Part shown: positions 40,802 through 49,280 of the stretch, one piece after another
Position numbering within the stretch: position 1 is the first letter of the stretch
How the letters are laid out: each line of letters begins with the position of its first letter
From: Actinomycetota bacterium
Lineage (GTDB): Bacteria > Actinomycetota > Thermoleophilia > Gaiellales > F1-60-MAGs149
Direction of reading: 5' to 3'
Length of the DNA stretch: 64,000 nucleotides
Assembly (NCBI GenBank): GCA_009885805.1
Contig: VFJZ01000050.1
Coordinates: 1,471 to 65,470, forward strand
Position numbers and translations under genes: made by a program
The notes under the pieces: generated by a model
Told to the model about the DNA's origin: nothing
The model's database searches: none
The model's input: the letters and a program-made list of their open reading frames with translations, nothing else

Positions 40802-42201
40802 TCCTTGCCGTCCCTCCCCGCCTTCGGGATGATCCCGGCCGGCGCGAACCCGGCGACGAAGACGTCCCACGGCCGTGGCGAGGAGCCCCGGGCGTGCGCG
40901 CGCTCCATCCGCACGACGGCGCTGCGCACGACGTGCGCCCCGACGAAGCGCACCGGGTCGGGCGGGAAGCGGCCGGGACGATCACCGACGAAGGACGAGC
41001 GTGACCACTCGTCGTCGGCGCCCAGCGCGAGCGAGGCGAGGATCTTGCCGCCCAGCACGGACGGGCCGACGCCGTTGCCGGACCAGCCGACGCCGTAGAC
41101 GAGGTGCTCGCGCCCGCCCAGGCGCCCGAACAGCGGCAGGCCGTGATGGGAGCGATCGATCGGACCGCACCAGTGGTGCTCGACGGGCACGTCCGCGAGG
41201 TTCGGGTAGATGCGCCGGAAGTTCGCCTCGACGTCCACGGCGCGGCCCTCGTGCCGGTCGAAGTCGGGACCCAGGCGCCCGGCGAGCGCGATGCCCCAGC
41301 CGCCCTTGCCGAACATCACCCGGCCGCGAGCCGTGCGCCGGTAGTAGTGGATCATCACCTGCGAGTCGGAGATCGCCTCGAACCCGGTCCAGCCGATCTC
41401 GTCCAGCCGCTCGGGTGCCTCGGCCGTGAGGATGATGTCGGAGCTGACGACGACGAGCCGCGTGTGCAGTTCGCGCATGCTCGCCGCCCAGGCGTTCGTC
41501 GCGAACACCACGCGGTCGGCCGTCAGCGCGCCGTGCGCCGTCCGCAGCACGGCCGGTCGCCCGCGATCGACCGACGTCACGCGCGAGTGCTCGTGAATCC
41601 GGACACCGCGCTCGAGCGCAACGCGACGAAGGCCGCGGGCCAGCTTCGCCGGCTGCACGGTGGCCGCGCTCGGGTCGAGCACCCCGGCGAGATGCACCGG
41701 CGAGCCGGCTCGTCGCGCCACCTCGGCCGGCTCGAGCAGCTCGAGCGCGGGTGCGCCGAGGTCGCGGAGGAGTTCGACGGTGGAGTCCCAGGCGCCGAGT
41801 TGTGCCGCGGTCGTCGCCGTCCACAGATAGCCAGCGCGGTTGAACTCGGCGTCGATGCCGTGCTCGCTGCAGAAAACCTCGATCTCGCCGATCGCGTCGA
41901 CCGAGGCCGTCGCGAGGCGGATCGCCTCCTCGCGTCCGCACAGAGCGACGAGCGTGCCGGCCTTCGCCCACCAGGACAGCACCTCGCCGCCGTTGCGTCC
42001 CGAGGCGCCGCCACCGCAGATGTCCTGCTCGACCAGGACGACGTCGCAGCCGGGGTCGCGCTCCTTGATTCGCAGCGCCGTCCACAGGCCGACGAAGCCG
42101 CCGCCGACGATCGCGACGTCGGCGCGCTGCGCACCCTGCAGGGGCGCCTCGTCGGGCGCGTCGCCGAGCACTTCCTGGAGCCAGAACGAGCGGTGAGCCA
42201 T
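40798..42201 (-). CDS. FAD-dependent oxidoreductase (DAO family)
   Basis: 467 aa with the dinucleotide fold DVAIVGGGFVGLWTA. Confidence 0.82.
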   Translation of the reverse strand: MAHRSFWLQEVLGDAPDEAPLQGAQRADVAIVGGGFVGLWTALRIKERDPGCDVVLVEQDICGGGASGRNGGEVLSWWAKAGTLVALCGREEAIRLATASVDAIGEIEVFCSEHGIDAEFNRAGYLWTATTAAQLGAWDSTVELLRDLGAPALELLEPAEVARRAGSPVHLAGVLDPSAATVQPAKLARGLRRVALERGVRIHEHSRVTSVDRGRPAVLRTAHGALTADRVVFATNAWAASMRELHTRLVVVSSDIILTAEAPERLDEIGWTGFEAISDSQVMIHYYRRTARGRVMFGKGGWGIALAGRLGPDFDRHEGRAVDVEANFRRIYPNLADVPVEHHWCGPIDRSHHGLPLFGRLGGREHLVYGVGWSGNGVGPSVLGGKILASLALGADDEWSRSSFVGDRPGRFPPDPVRFVGAHVVRSAVVRMERAHARGSSPRPWDVFVAGFAPAGIIPKAGRDGKE

Positions 42202-42210
42202 GCCGGCAGG

Positions 42211-43137
42211 TTAGGCGAGATGAGGCCGCAGGGCCTCGAAGCAGAGCCGGTGGAAGTGCGCGATCGCGCTCTCGGACGACGGCATCAGACGCCCGTGCGG
42301 AACGAGACCGCAGCGCATGCTCGGCTGCTGGATCGCGACCGCCGCGACGTCCTCCGCCGCGGTCATACTCCACATCTCGTCGAACGCCGCCGCTCCCTCG
42401 GCAGGAGCATCCGGGCGGAGCCACGACTCACCGGTCGACACGCACGACTCCGGGCCCGTCGGGTAGACGAGACTGGCCGAGACGTAGTAGTCGTCGATCT
42501 GGAGGAATGTCGACGGGAACAGGTACCAGTACCGGTACTCCTGCTTCGCCTGCCCGAACCGCTCCGATCCCGGCGTCGGCTCCGTCAGCTGACACAGCAC
42601 GGGCCCGTCGTCGATGTACCGGTAGACGCCGTGCGCGACATCGTAGATGTCGGAGAAGGAGTGCTGGTGGATCGTCGGGCAGTGGTAGCACTCGCTCGAG
42701 TTCTCGACCCAGATCTTCCAGTTCGCGGCGATCGGCACCGCCGGGGAGTCGGGCGTGCGCTCGCAGCCCTCGCGGTCGTACGGGTGGTCGGCGGTGAGGC
42801 GGATCAGGGCGGGATACGTCTCGCGGAACGACCGTGCGGACGCGTCGGCGTTGACGAACACGAGGCCCTGCCAGACCTCGGCCGCCGCCGGCTGCCCGTT
42901 GCAGGTCGCGACCGGCCCGCTCTCCCCCGCGGTCACCTCGAACACGAACTCGCCGTTGCGGCGGACGAACGGCACCATGTCGGTACCGCAGGCGTAGTGC
43001 CACCACGACGCCCAGATCGCGTCCAGTTCGAGCCGGTGGATCCTGGGATCCCAGTACCAGCGGGCCGGAAACGTGTACCCCGCGCTGAGTCGCGCGTCGA
43101 TGTCGGCGATGGCGGCAATCGAACTCATGTCCGACAT
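42211..43137 (-). CDS. ring-hydroxylating oxygenase alpha-subunit homologue lacking the Rieske [2Fe-2S] ligands
   Basis: 308 aa. The catalytic-domain mononuclear iron motif NSSECYHCPTIH (E-x-YH-x4-H) is present. The N-terminal region keeps the flanks (YWDPRIHRLELDAIWASWWHYAC...EVWQGLVFVNAD), but there is no CxH...CxxH. Confidence 0.7.
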   Translation of the reverse strand: MSDMSSIAAIADIDARLSAGYTFPARWYWDPRIHRLELDAIWASWWHYACGTDMVPFVRRNGEFVFEVTAGESGPVATCNGQPAAAEVWQGLVFVNADASARSFRETYPALIRLTADHPYDREGCERTPDSPAVPIAANWKIWVENSSECYHCPTIHQHSFSDIYDVAHGVYRYIDDGPVLCQLTEPTPGSERFGQAKQEYRYWYLFPSTFLQIDDYYVSASLVYPTGPESCVSTGESWLRPDAPAEGAAAFDEMWSMTAAEDVAAVAIQQPSMRCGLVPHGRLMPSSESAIAHFHRLCFEALRPHLA

Positions 43138-43146
43138 GGTACGGCC

Positions 43147-44292
43147 TCAGGCGAACAGCGAGCGGGCGATGATCAGGCGCTGGATGTCGGAGGTGCCCTC
43201 GTACAGCTCCTCCAGCTTGGCGGCGCGCAGCCAGCGCTCGACGGGATACTCCCGCGAGTACGACCAGCCGCCGAGCGTCATCGACGCCGCCCAGCAGGCG
43301 AACCAGGCCGCCTCCGAGCCGGCCAGCTTCGCCTGCGCCGCCTCCACCGAGAACGCCCGGCCGGCGTCCGCCAGCCGGGCGGCGTGGTACGTCATCAGCC
43401 GCGCCTGGTCGAGCTTCATCTTCGCGTCGGCGAGGCGGAACGAGACGGCCTGGAACTCGTGGATCCGCTTGCCGAATGCCTCCCGTTCGCGGGCGTACTC
43501 GACGGCGTACTCGAGCGCCGCGCGGCCGATGCCGACACCGTTCGCGCCGAGCGCGACGCGCGTGACATCGAACCAGCGCATCAGGCCGTGAAAGCCGGTC
43601 CCCTCGTCGCCGATACGACGATCGTCGGCGACGAGACAGTCCTCGAAGAACAGCTCCGCCGCCGGGTAGCAGCGTGCCCCCATCTTCGGGATCTTGCGGC
43701 CGATGGTGAAGCCGGGATCGCCACGCTCCAGCACGAAGGCGGTGATGCCCTTCGAGCGTGAGCCGGGCCGGGTCTGCGCGAAGATCGCGTACACGTCTGC
43801 TGTCGGCGCGCAGGAGATCCACGTCTTCGACCCGTTCAGCAGGTAGCCGCCCTCGACGCGGACGGCGGACGTCGTCATCGCGGCCGCGTCCGAGCCGGCG
43901 TTCGGCTCGGTCGTCGCGAGCGCACCGACCACGGGATCCGTCGGCGAGCAGAGCGGGGGCAGCCAGCGCTGCTTCTGCTCCTCGGTCCCGAGCGCGACGA
44001 TCGGCCCGGCGAAGAACGAGCCGCCGCCGATGCAGCCGGCGATGGCGGAGCATCCCCAGGCCAGCTCCTCCGTGATCGCCACGCCCGTCACCAGCGAGTC
44101 GACGCCACCGCCGCCGTACGCGACCGGGAGGTCATGGCAGGTCAGGCCGAGTTCGGCCGCCTTGTGCACGACCGGCCACGGAAACTCCTCGGACTCCTCG
44201 TACTGCGCGGCGACCGGCCGCATCTCGCGTTCCGCGAACTCGTGCGCGAGCGCCTGCAGTTCGCGCTGCGTGTCGTCGAGCATCAACTCCAT
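43147..44292 (-). CDS. acyl-CoA dehydrogenase
   Basis: Internal ATG giving MELMLDDTQRELQ..., with the C-terminal LYEGTSDIQRLIIARSL. An alternative ATG lies at 44283. Confidence 0.9.
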   Translation of the reverse strand: MELMLDDTQRELQALAHEFAEREMRPVAAQYEESEEFPWPVVHKAAELGLTCHDLPVAYGGGGVDSLVTGVAITEELAWGCSAIAGCIGGGSFFAGPIVALGTEEQKQRWLPPLCSPTDPVVGALATTEPNAGSDAAAMTTSAVRVEGGYLLNGSKTWISCAPTADVYAIFAQTRPGSRSKGITAFVLERGDPGFTIGRKIPKMGARCYPAAELFFEDCLVADDRRIGDEGTGFHGLMRWFDVTRVALGANGVGIGRAALEYAVEYAREREAFGKRIHEFQAVSFRLADAKMKLDQARLMTYHAARLADAGRAFSVEAAQAKLAGSEAAWFACWAASMTLGGWSYSREYPVERWLRAAKLEELYEGTSDIQRLIIARSLFA

Positions 44293-45029
44293 CCCGTCCC
44301 CCCATCCACGCCGAGGCACTGGCCGGTCACGTAGGAGGCGTCGTCCGAGACGAGGAAGACGATCACGGCGGCGATCTCGGCCGCCTCGGCGAACCGCCCG
44401 AGCGGGATGTTCGGCAGCCAGGCCTCGCGCACCGCTGCCGGCACGGCGCGTGTCATCGGCGTATCGACGGCGCCAGGGGCGACGGCGTTGCAACGGATGC
44501 CGTGGCGCGCATGCTCGATCGCGACCGTCCGCGTCAGCCCGACGATCCCCGCCTTGGCGGCGCTGTAGTTGGCCTGCCCGAAGGCACCGCGCCGGGCCTC
44601 GCTGGAGAGGTTGACGATCGCGCCGCCACCCCGCTCGCGTATCGGCGGCACGACGTGCTGGCAGCCGAGCCACATCCCCTTCAGGTGAATGTCGATCACC
44701 GTCTGCCACTCGTCGTCGGTCATCTTCAGCAACGAGCGGTCACGCGTGACGCCGGCGTTGTTGACGAGGATGTCGATCGTCGCGGTCGCTGCGACGAGTG
44801 CTTCCCATGACCGCCGATCGGCCACATCGAGGTGGCGCGCGACGCCGCCGACCTCGTCCGCGATGGCCGCGGCCGAGTCGGCATCGATGTCCGCGCAGAC
44901 GACAGCGGCTCCTTCGGCGGCGAGCCGCCGCGCCGTCGCGGCGCCGATCCCCGAACCGGCGCCGGTGACGATCGCGGTTCGGCCCTCGAGGCGGCGCATC
45001 GTCGTCATCGCCGTGCAGTATGCGCGCAC
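44283..45029 (-). CDS. short-chain dehydrogenase/reductase (FabG-like)
   Basis: TGAGSGIGAA and YSAAKAG motifs. The start may instead be the ATG at 45008. Confidence 0.9.
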   Translation of the reverse strand: MRAYCTAMTTMRRLEGRTAIVTGAGSGIGAATARRLAAEGAAVVCADIDADSAAAIADEVGGVARHLDVADRRSWEALVAATATIDILVNNAGVTRDRSLLKMTDDEWQTVIDIHLKGMWLGCQHVVPPIRERGGGAIVNLSSEARRGAFGQANYSAAKAGIVGLTRTVAIEHARHGIRCNAVAPGAVDTPMTRAVPAAVREAWLPNIPLGRFAEAAEIAAVIVFLVSDDASYVTGQCLGVDGGTGWS

Positions 45030-45030
45030 G

Positions 45031-46035
45031 TCAGCCGTCGGCGTCGAGTTTGCGGGCCCGGCTCGGCGCGACCCGCGGCGGCTCGTTCGGTTGCTTCGGA
45101 TACACCGGCGGCCACGGTGCGTCCATCAGCCCGTCAGCCATGTCCCTGGCCGACCAGACGAGGAGGGCGTCAAGCGACTGCGGTGCGTCGTCGATCGCGG
45201 CCCACGGGTCGCCCTCGTCAACGACCCGACCCGGCACGGTGGCGATGGTCAGGGCGTCGGGCTCGACCGCCTCCAGTTCGTCCCAGGTGAACGGGCATGA
45301 CACCTGGGCGCCGCTGCGGGCACGGGCGCTCCAGGCGGCGAAGACGGTCTTGTGCGGAGCGTTCTGGTTGAAGTCCACGAAGACACGCCGACCGCGCTCC
45401 TCCTTCCACCAGGCGGCCGTGCAGAGGTCGGGTCGACGGCGTTCCAACTCGCGGGCGAGGGCGACCGCGGCCGCCCGCACCGCGTAGGAGTCGTAGCGCG
45501 GTTCGAGCCGGCAGTAGAGGTGGATGCCGCGGCGTCCGGTCGTCTTCCCGAACGCGACCAGGCCGGCCTCGGCGAGCAGCGCGCGCGCCTCCCGCGCCGC
45601 CTCCCGCACCTGCTCGAACGTGACACCAGGCGTCGGGTCGAGGTCGATCCGCAACTCGTCGGCGTGCTCCGGGTCGTCGGCCCGGGAGGGCCAGGCGTGG
45701 AAGCCGAGGCAGCCGAGGTTCACGGCCCAGGCGACGTGCGCGAGGTCGCGGACGACCAGCGCGTCGGACTCGGTGCCGTTCGGCGTCGCGACGGTGACGG
45801 TCTCGAGCCAGTCCGGCGCCCCCTTCGGCACGCGCTTCTGGAAGAACGACTTCCCGCTGGCGCCATCGGGGTAGCGTTCGAGCATCACCGGGCGGCCGCC
45901 GATCGCGCGCAGCAGCGGCTCCGCGATCGCCTCGTAGTAGCGGATCAGGTCGAGCTTCGTCTCCCCGCGCTCGCCGAAGAAGACCTTGTCCGGATTGGAC
46001 ACCGCGACGGTGCGACCGGCGACCTCGATCTCCAT
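45031..46035 (-). CDS. stand-alone LigD-type primase-polymerase (NHEJ polymerase domain) protein
   Basis: 334 aa. VSNPDKVFFGERGETKLDLIRYYEAIAEPLL...RYPDGASGKSFFQKR... No ligase or Ku gene is adjacent. Confidence 0.85.
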   Translation of the reverse strand: MEIEVAGRTVAVSNPDKVFFGERGETKLDLIRYYEAIAEPLLRAIGGRPVMLERYPDGASGKSFFQKRVPKGAPDWLETVTVATPNGTESDALVVRDLAHVAWAVNLGCLGFHAWPSRADDPEHADELRIDLDPTPGVTFEQVREAAREARALLAEAGLVAFGKTTGRRGIHLYCRLEPRYDSYAVRAAAVALARELERRRPDLCTAAWWKEERGRRVFVDFNQNAPHKTVFAAWSARARSGAQVSCPFTWDELEAVEPDALTIATVPGRVVDEGDPWAAIDDAPQSLDALLVWSARDMADGLMDAPWPPVYPKQPNEPPRVAPSRARKLDADG

Positions 46036-46044
46036 GCGCGCAGG

Positions 46045-47073
46045 CTACAGCCAGAGCGGCTCGTCGCGGAGGCGCAGCGACGTGCCCAGCCCGCGCTGGC
46101 GGGCGTTGCGCAGGACGTAGGCGCCGGCGACGACGTCGTCGAGGCCGAGCCCGACGGGGGAGCAGACGATGCGCTGCCCCTCGCTGGTGCGCCCGGGGTG
46201 GGCGCCGGAGACGATCTCGGCGATCTCCACCGCGTCGGCGGCGGTGGCGATGCCGGCGTCGATCAGGCGGCGCAGGTAGCGCGTGTCGGCCGTGCCCTCG
46301 TGCAGTCGGTCGTCGACGACGAGCACGTCCGTGACGGCGTGCAGACTCTCGGGCCCATCGAGCGACGAGACGAGGACGACGAGACCGCCCTCGGGCACCC
46401 AGGCCGGCTCGATCGTCGGCGTCACCGCCAGCGTCGACGGGATGATGATGTCGGCGTCCTCGCACGCCTCGCGCTCCGAGCCCGCGACGGCGACAGCGAA
46501 GGGCAGCTCGGGGGCCAGCGCGGCCAGCAGCCGCTCGCAACGGGCCGTGTCGGGGTCGTAGACGCGGGCGATGTCGAGGCCCGGCCGGGTGACGGCGAGC
46601 GCCATCAGCTGCGTGCGCGTCAGGACGCCGGCGCCGAGCAGGCCGGCCGTACGCGCTCCCTCGGCGGCGAGGTGTCTGATCGCGACGCCGGTGACGGCGC
46701 CGGTGCGCATGGCGGAGATGACGGTGCCGTCCATCACGGCGAGCGGTAGACCCGTCTCGCGGTCGGACAGCACGACGAGGGCGTTGGCCCGCGGCAGACC
46801 GCGGGTCAGGTTGGCGGGCACGCTCGGGATCCACTTCAGCCCCGCGACGTCCCACTCGCCGCCGACCCAGGCCGGCATCGCCATGATCCGGCCGAGCCGC
46901 TCCTGCGTGCCCGGCTCGTCCGACCAGGTGATCATCACCTTCATCGGGTTGATGACCTGCCCGGCCGCCTTCAGGCGGAAGGCGCCCTCGATCACGTCGA
47001 TCAGCGCGGCCATGTCGGTGCCGCCGGCGGCGACGACGTCGTCCTGGGACAGGAACAGCAGATCGACGGTCAT
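46045..47073 (-). CDS. ornithine cyclodeaminase/mu-crystallin family protein
   Basis: Internal ATG (ATGA overlap with the upstream stop) giving MTVDLLFLSQDDV... NAD fold GLLGAGVLTRTQ. The 685-aa track ORF is an over-extension. Confidence 0.82.
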   Translation of the reverse strand: MTVDLLFLSQDDVVAAGGTDMAALIDVIEGAFRLKAAGQVINPMKVMITWSDEPGTQERLGRIMAMPAWVGGEWDVAGLKWIPSVPANLTRGLPRANALVVLSDRETGLPLAVMDGTVISAMRTGAVTGVAIRHLAAEGARTAGLLGAGVLTRTQLMALAVTRPGLDIARVYDPDTARCERLLAALAPELPFAVAVAGSEREACEDADIIIPSTLAVTPTIEPAWVPEGGLVVLVSSLDGPESLHAVTDVLVVDDRLHEGTADTRYLRRLIDAGIATAADAVEIAEIVSGAHPGRTSEGQRIVCSPVGLGLDDVVAGAYVLRNARQRGLGTSLRLRDEPLWL

Positions 47074-48116
47074 GGCGTGCGGAGCGCGCCTGTCAGCACG
47101 CCGCATTCGACCACCGGCGCGCCGTCGAGGGTGATCGTGCAGCCGCGTAGCGGCAGGTCGAAGTGGCCGCGCGAGAAGCGTCCGGCGGTCTCGTTGGCGC
47201 CGGTCGAGAGCAGGAAGTTGCCGGCGAACGCCCGCAGCTCGGTGCCGTTGATCTGGGAGCGGTCGTAGGCCGGCAGCACGTCCCAGCGGGCGGCCGTGTT
47301 CATGCCCCAGCCGACGTGCGAGACGGCGTAGGCGTCGGGGTCGTCGAACGCGGCCAGGTACGACCGCAGTAGCTCCGCGTCGAGGCCGTCGCCCTCGATC
47401 GCCGTCACCGAATCGTCCTCGAACACGAGCCGTACCTCGCTGCGCAGGTAGTCCTTGAAGGTCAGGTTGACGTCGCCCGGCCGCAGCACGCAGACGCCCT
47501 CGACCGAGTGGCGCGCCGGGAAGACGAGGACGAGGCCGCCCGGCCAGTGCGCGATCGTGCCCGGCCCCTCGGTGCCGCCCCAGGACCCGGCCGTGAAGCC
47601 GCCCGCCAGCCGGACGCGCAGATCGGTGCCCGCCGCGGAGGTCACGTGCATCGCCGAGGCGCCGCGCAGCAACGCCAGTCCGCGCTCGACGCGCGGACGC
47701 AGATCGGGGTCGACCGGCATCCGCTCGAACACCTCGGGATGCTCGTTCGAGATCATCAGCACGCGCGCGCCGGCGCCGAGGATCGCGCCCAGTTCGGGCG
47801 CGTGCAGCAGCCCCTCGACGGTGCAATCGACCACGAAGGTGGCAGCGCAGCAGGCCGCGACAGCCGCGCGGTGCTGCTGCAGCGCCTGCGAGGCGCCGGT
47901 CGAGCGGATCGGCACCGGCGGGACGGCGAGCGGCGTCGGCATCACCACCTGCGCCACCTGCGCACCGAGCCGGGCCAGCGCCAGGCGTGCGGTCTCCACC
48001 AGTTCCGGGCGCGACGACGTCTCGCTGAGCAGGACGGCGGTCTCGCCCGGCTGCACCTCGCACAGCGCCATCTGCTCGCTGAAGCGCTCGATCCACTTCC
48101 ACTCTGTTCTCGGCAC
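47070..48116 (-). CDS. M29 aminopeptidase-fold protein, 2,5-dihydroxypyridine 5,6-dioxygenase (NicX)-like
   Basis: 348 aa. The C-terminal DPDAYAVSHVGWGMN...RAFAGNFLLSTGANE...RGHFDLPLRGC closely parallels the NicX region holding the His/His/Asp iron ligands, as I remember it. Confidence 0.65.
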   Translation of the reverse strand: MPRTEWKWIERFSEQMALCEVQPGETAVLLSETSSRPELVETARLALARLGAQVAQVVMPTPLAVPPVPIRSTGASQALQQHRAAVAACCAATFVVDCTVEGLLHAPELGAILGAGARVLMISNEHPEVFERMPVDPDLRPRVERGLALLRGASAMHVTSAAGTDLRVRLAGGFTAGSWGGTEGPGTIAHWPGGLVLVFPARHSVEGVCVLRPGDVNLTFKDYLRSEVRLVFEDDSVTAIEGDGLDAELLRSYLAAFDDPDAYAVSHVGWGMNTAARWDVLPAYDRSQINGTELRAFAGNFLLSTGANETAGRFSRGHFDLPLRGCTITLDGAPVVECGVLTGALRTP

Positions 48117-48119
48117 CGG

Positions 48120-49280
48120 TCAGGCCTCGTCCGCGTCGTAGAGGGCGTGGCGACCGAGGCGCATCAGGCAGGTCTCGACGTTCCAGGGCAGCATCGTCGC
48201 GCCGCAGCGGGCGTCGCGGTACATCCGCTCCAGCGCCTTCGGCTTCAGCATCGAGGCGCCGCCGCAGATGCGGATCGCCTTCGAGGCCAGTTCCGGCGCC
48301 GTCTCCATCGTCGTCGCGACGGCGGCCCAGGCGCGGGCGCGCTGGTCGGGTGTCGGATCGAGCCCGGCCTCGCCCACCACTCGCCAGTGCAGGGCGTGCA
48401 TCCGCTCGTAGGAGAGTTGAAGCTCCGCCCAGCCGACCTGCCGCAGCGGATGGTCGCGGCGCCGGAAGGGGGCGCCGAAGTCGGCCTTCAGGTAGTCGCG
48501 GGTGAAGTCCATGATGCCGCGGCAGAGACCCGCGTACGTGAACGACAGCGTCATGAAGAAGTACGGCCAGCGCTCCGCCATCTGGTTGAAGATGCCCGGC
48601 GGCAGCAGTTCGTTGTCGGCCGGCACGAACACGTCGGTGAAGGTGATGTCGTTGGAGATCGTGCCGCGCATGCCGAGCGGATCCCAGCTGCCGCTGATGA
48701 CGACGCCCTCCGCGCCGCGCGGGACGGACAGGAAGCGGACGTCCTCGGAGCCGGCCGTGACGCAGAGGATGTTGTGCCGGTCGGCGGCGTGCGAGAGCGA
48801 CGCGAACACCTTCTTCCCGGTCACGCGGAAGCCACCGTCGACCGGCACTGCCTTCGTCGCATAGCCGGCCGTCTCGCCGCCGGCGATGCCCTCCGAGAAC
48901 GGCTGCGAGTGGATCAGGCCCTCGTTCACGATCTGACGCATGACGACCTCGCGCCGCCGCTCGTGGGCCGAGCGCTCGGCATCGTCCATCGTCAGGTCGT
49001 CCGCGATCTGGTTCATCAGGATCGTCGTCACCGTGTGCATGTTGAAACAGAGGCCCGTCGAGCCGCAGTGGCGGCCGATCTCCTCGGATACCGCCGCGTA
49101 GGCGCGGAAGTCGCCGCCGAGGCCGCCGAAACGCTGCGGGATGCAGAGGCCGAGGAAGCCGATCCGGCGGAGATCGTCGAAGTTCTCCTGCGGGAAGGAG
49201 GCATCGCGGTCGTAGACGACGGCCCGCTCCGCCATCGCCGGGCCGAGCCGGCGGACCTCGGCGACGAGATCCGCGATCAC
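48120..49280 (-). CDS. acyl-CoA dehydrogenase-fold flavoprotein (possibly a flavin-dependent monooxygenase)
   Basis: 386 aa with ACAD N-terminal and middle domain patterns. The C-terminus reads RMYRDARCGATMLPWNVETC instead of the YEGTxE(I/V)Q catalytic-base motif seen in the two other ACADs of this window. Confidence 0.7.
   Translation of the reverse strand: MIADLVAEVRRLGPAMAERAVVYDRDASFPQENFDDLRRIGFLGLCIPQRFGGLGGDFRAYAAVSEEIGRHCGSTGLCFNMHTVTTILMNQIADDLTMDDAERSAHERRREVVMRQIVNEGLIHSQPFSEGIAGGETAGYATKAVPVDGGFRVTGKKVFASLSHAADRHNILCVTAGSEDVRFLSVPRGAEGVVISGSWDPLGMRGTISNDITFTDVFVPADNELLPPGIFNQMAERWPYFFMTLSFTYAGLCRGIMDFTRDYLKADFGAPFRRRDHPLRQVGWAELQLSYERMHALHWRVVGEAGLDPTPDQRARAWAAVATTMETAPELASKAIRICGGASMLKPKALERMYRDARCGATMLPWNVETCLMRLGRHALYDADEA

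Noticed and set aside
41104-43761. 885-aa plus-strand ORF. Similar long antisense ORFs lie at 58497..61136, 25823..27955, 1613..3352, 47508..49415 and 50824..53010.
   Set aside because: All lie opposite genes with clear family motifs and have low-complexity Arg/Asp/Gly/Pro-rich translations. I treat them as shadow ORFs, not overlapping genes.
46045-48102. Over-long track ORFs that fuse a real gene with an upstream Arg/Pro-rich extension. Others are 13864..15585, 23465..25126, 20135..21427, 43147..44709, 59445..60941, 60281..62572, 27678..28784 and 36428..37807.
   Set aside because: In each case the family-like sequence begins at an internal ATG or GTG that forms a 4-nt ATGA/GTGA overlap (or a short gap) with the stop of the upstream gene. 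The extension overlaps that upstream gene in another frame.
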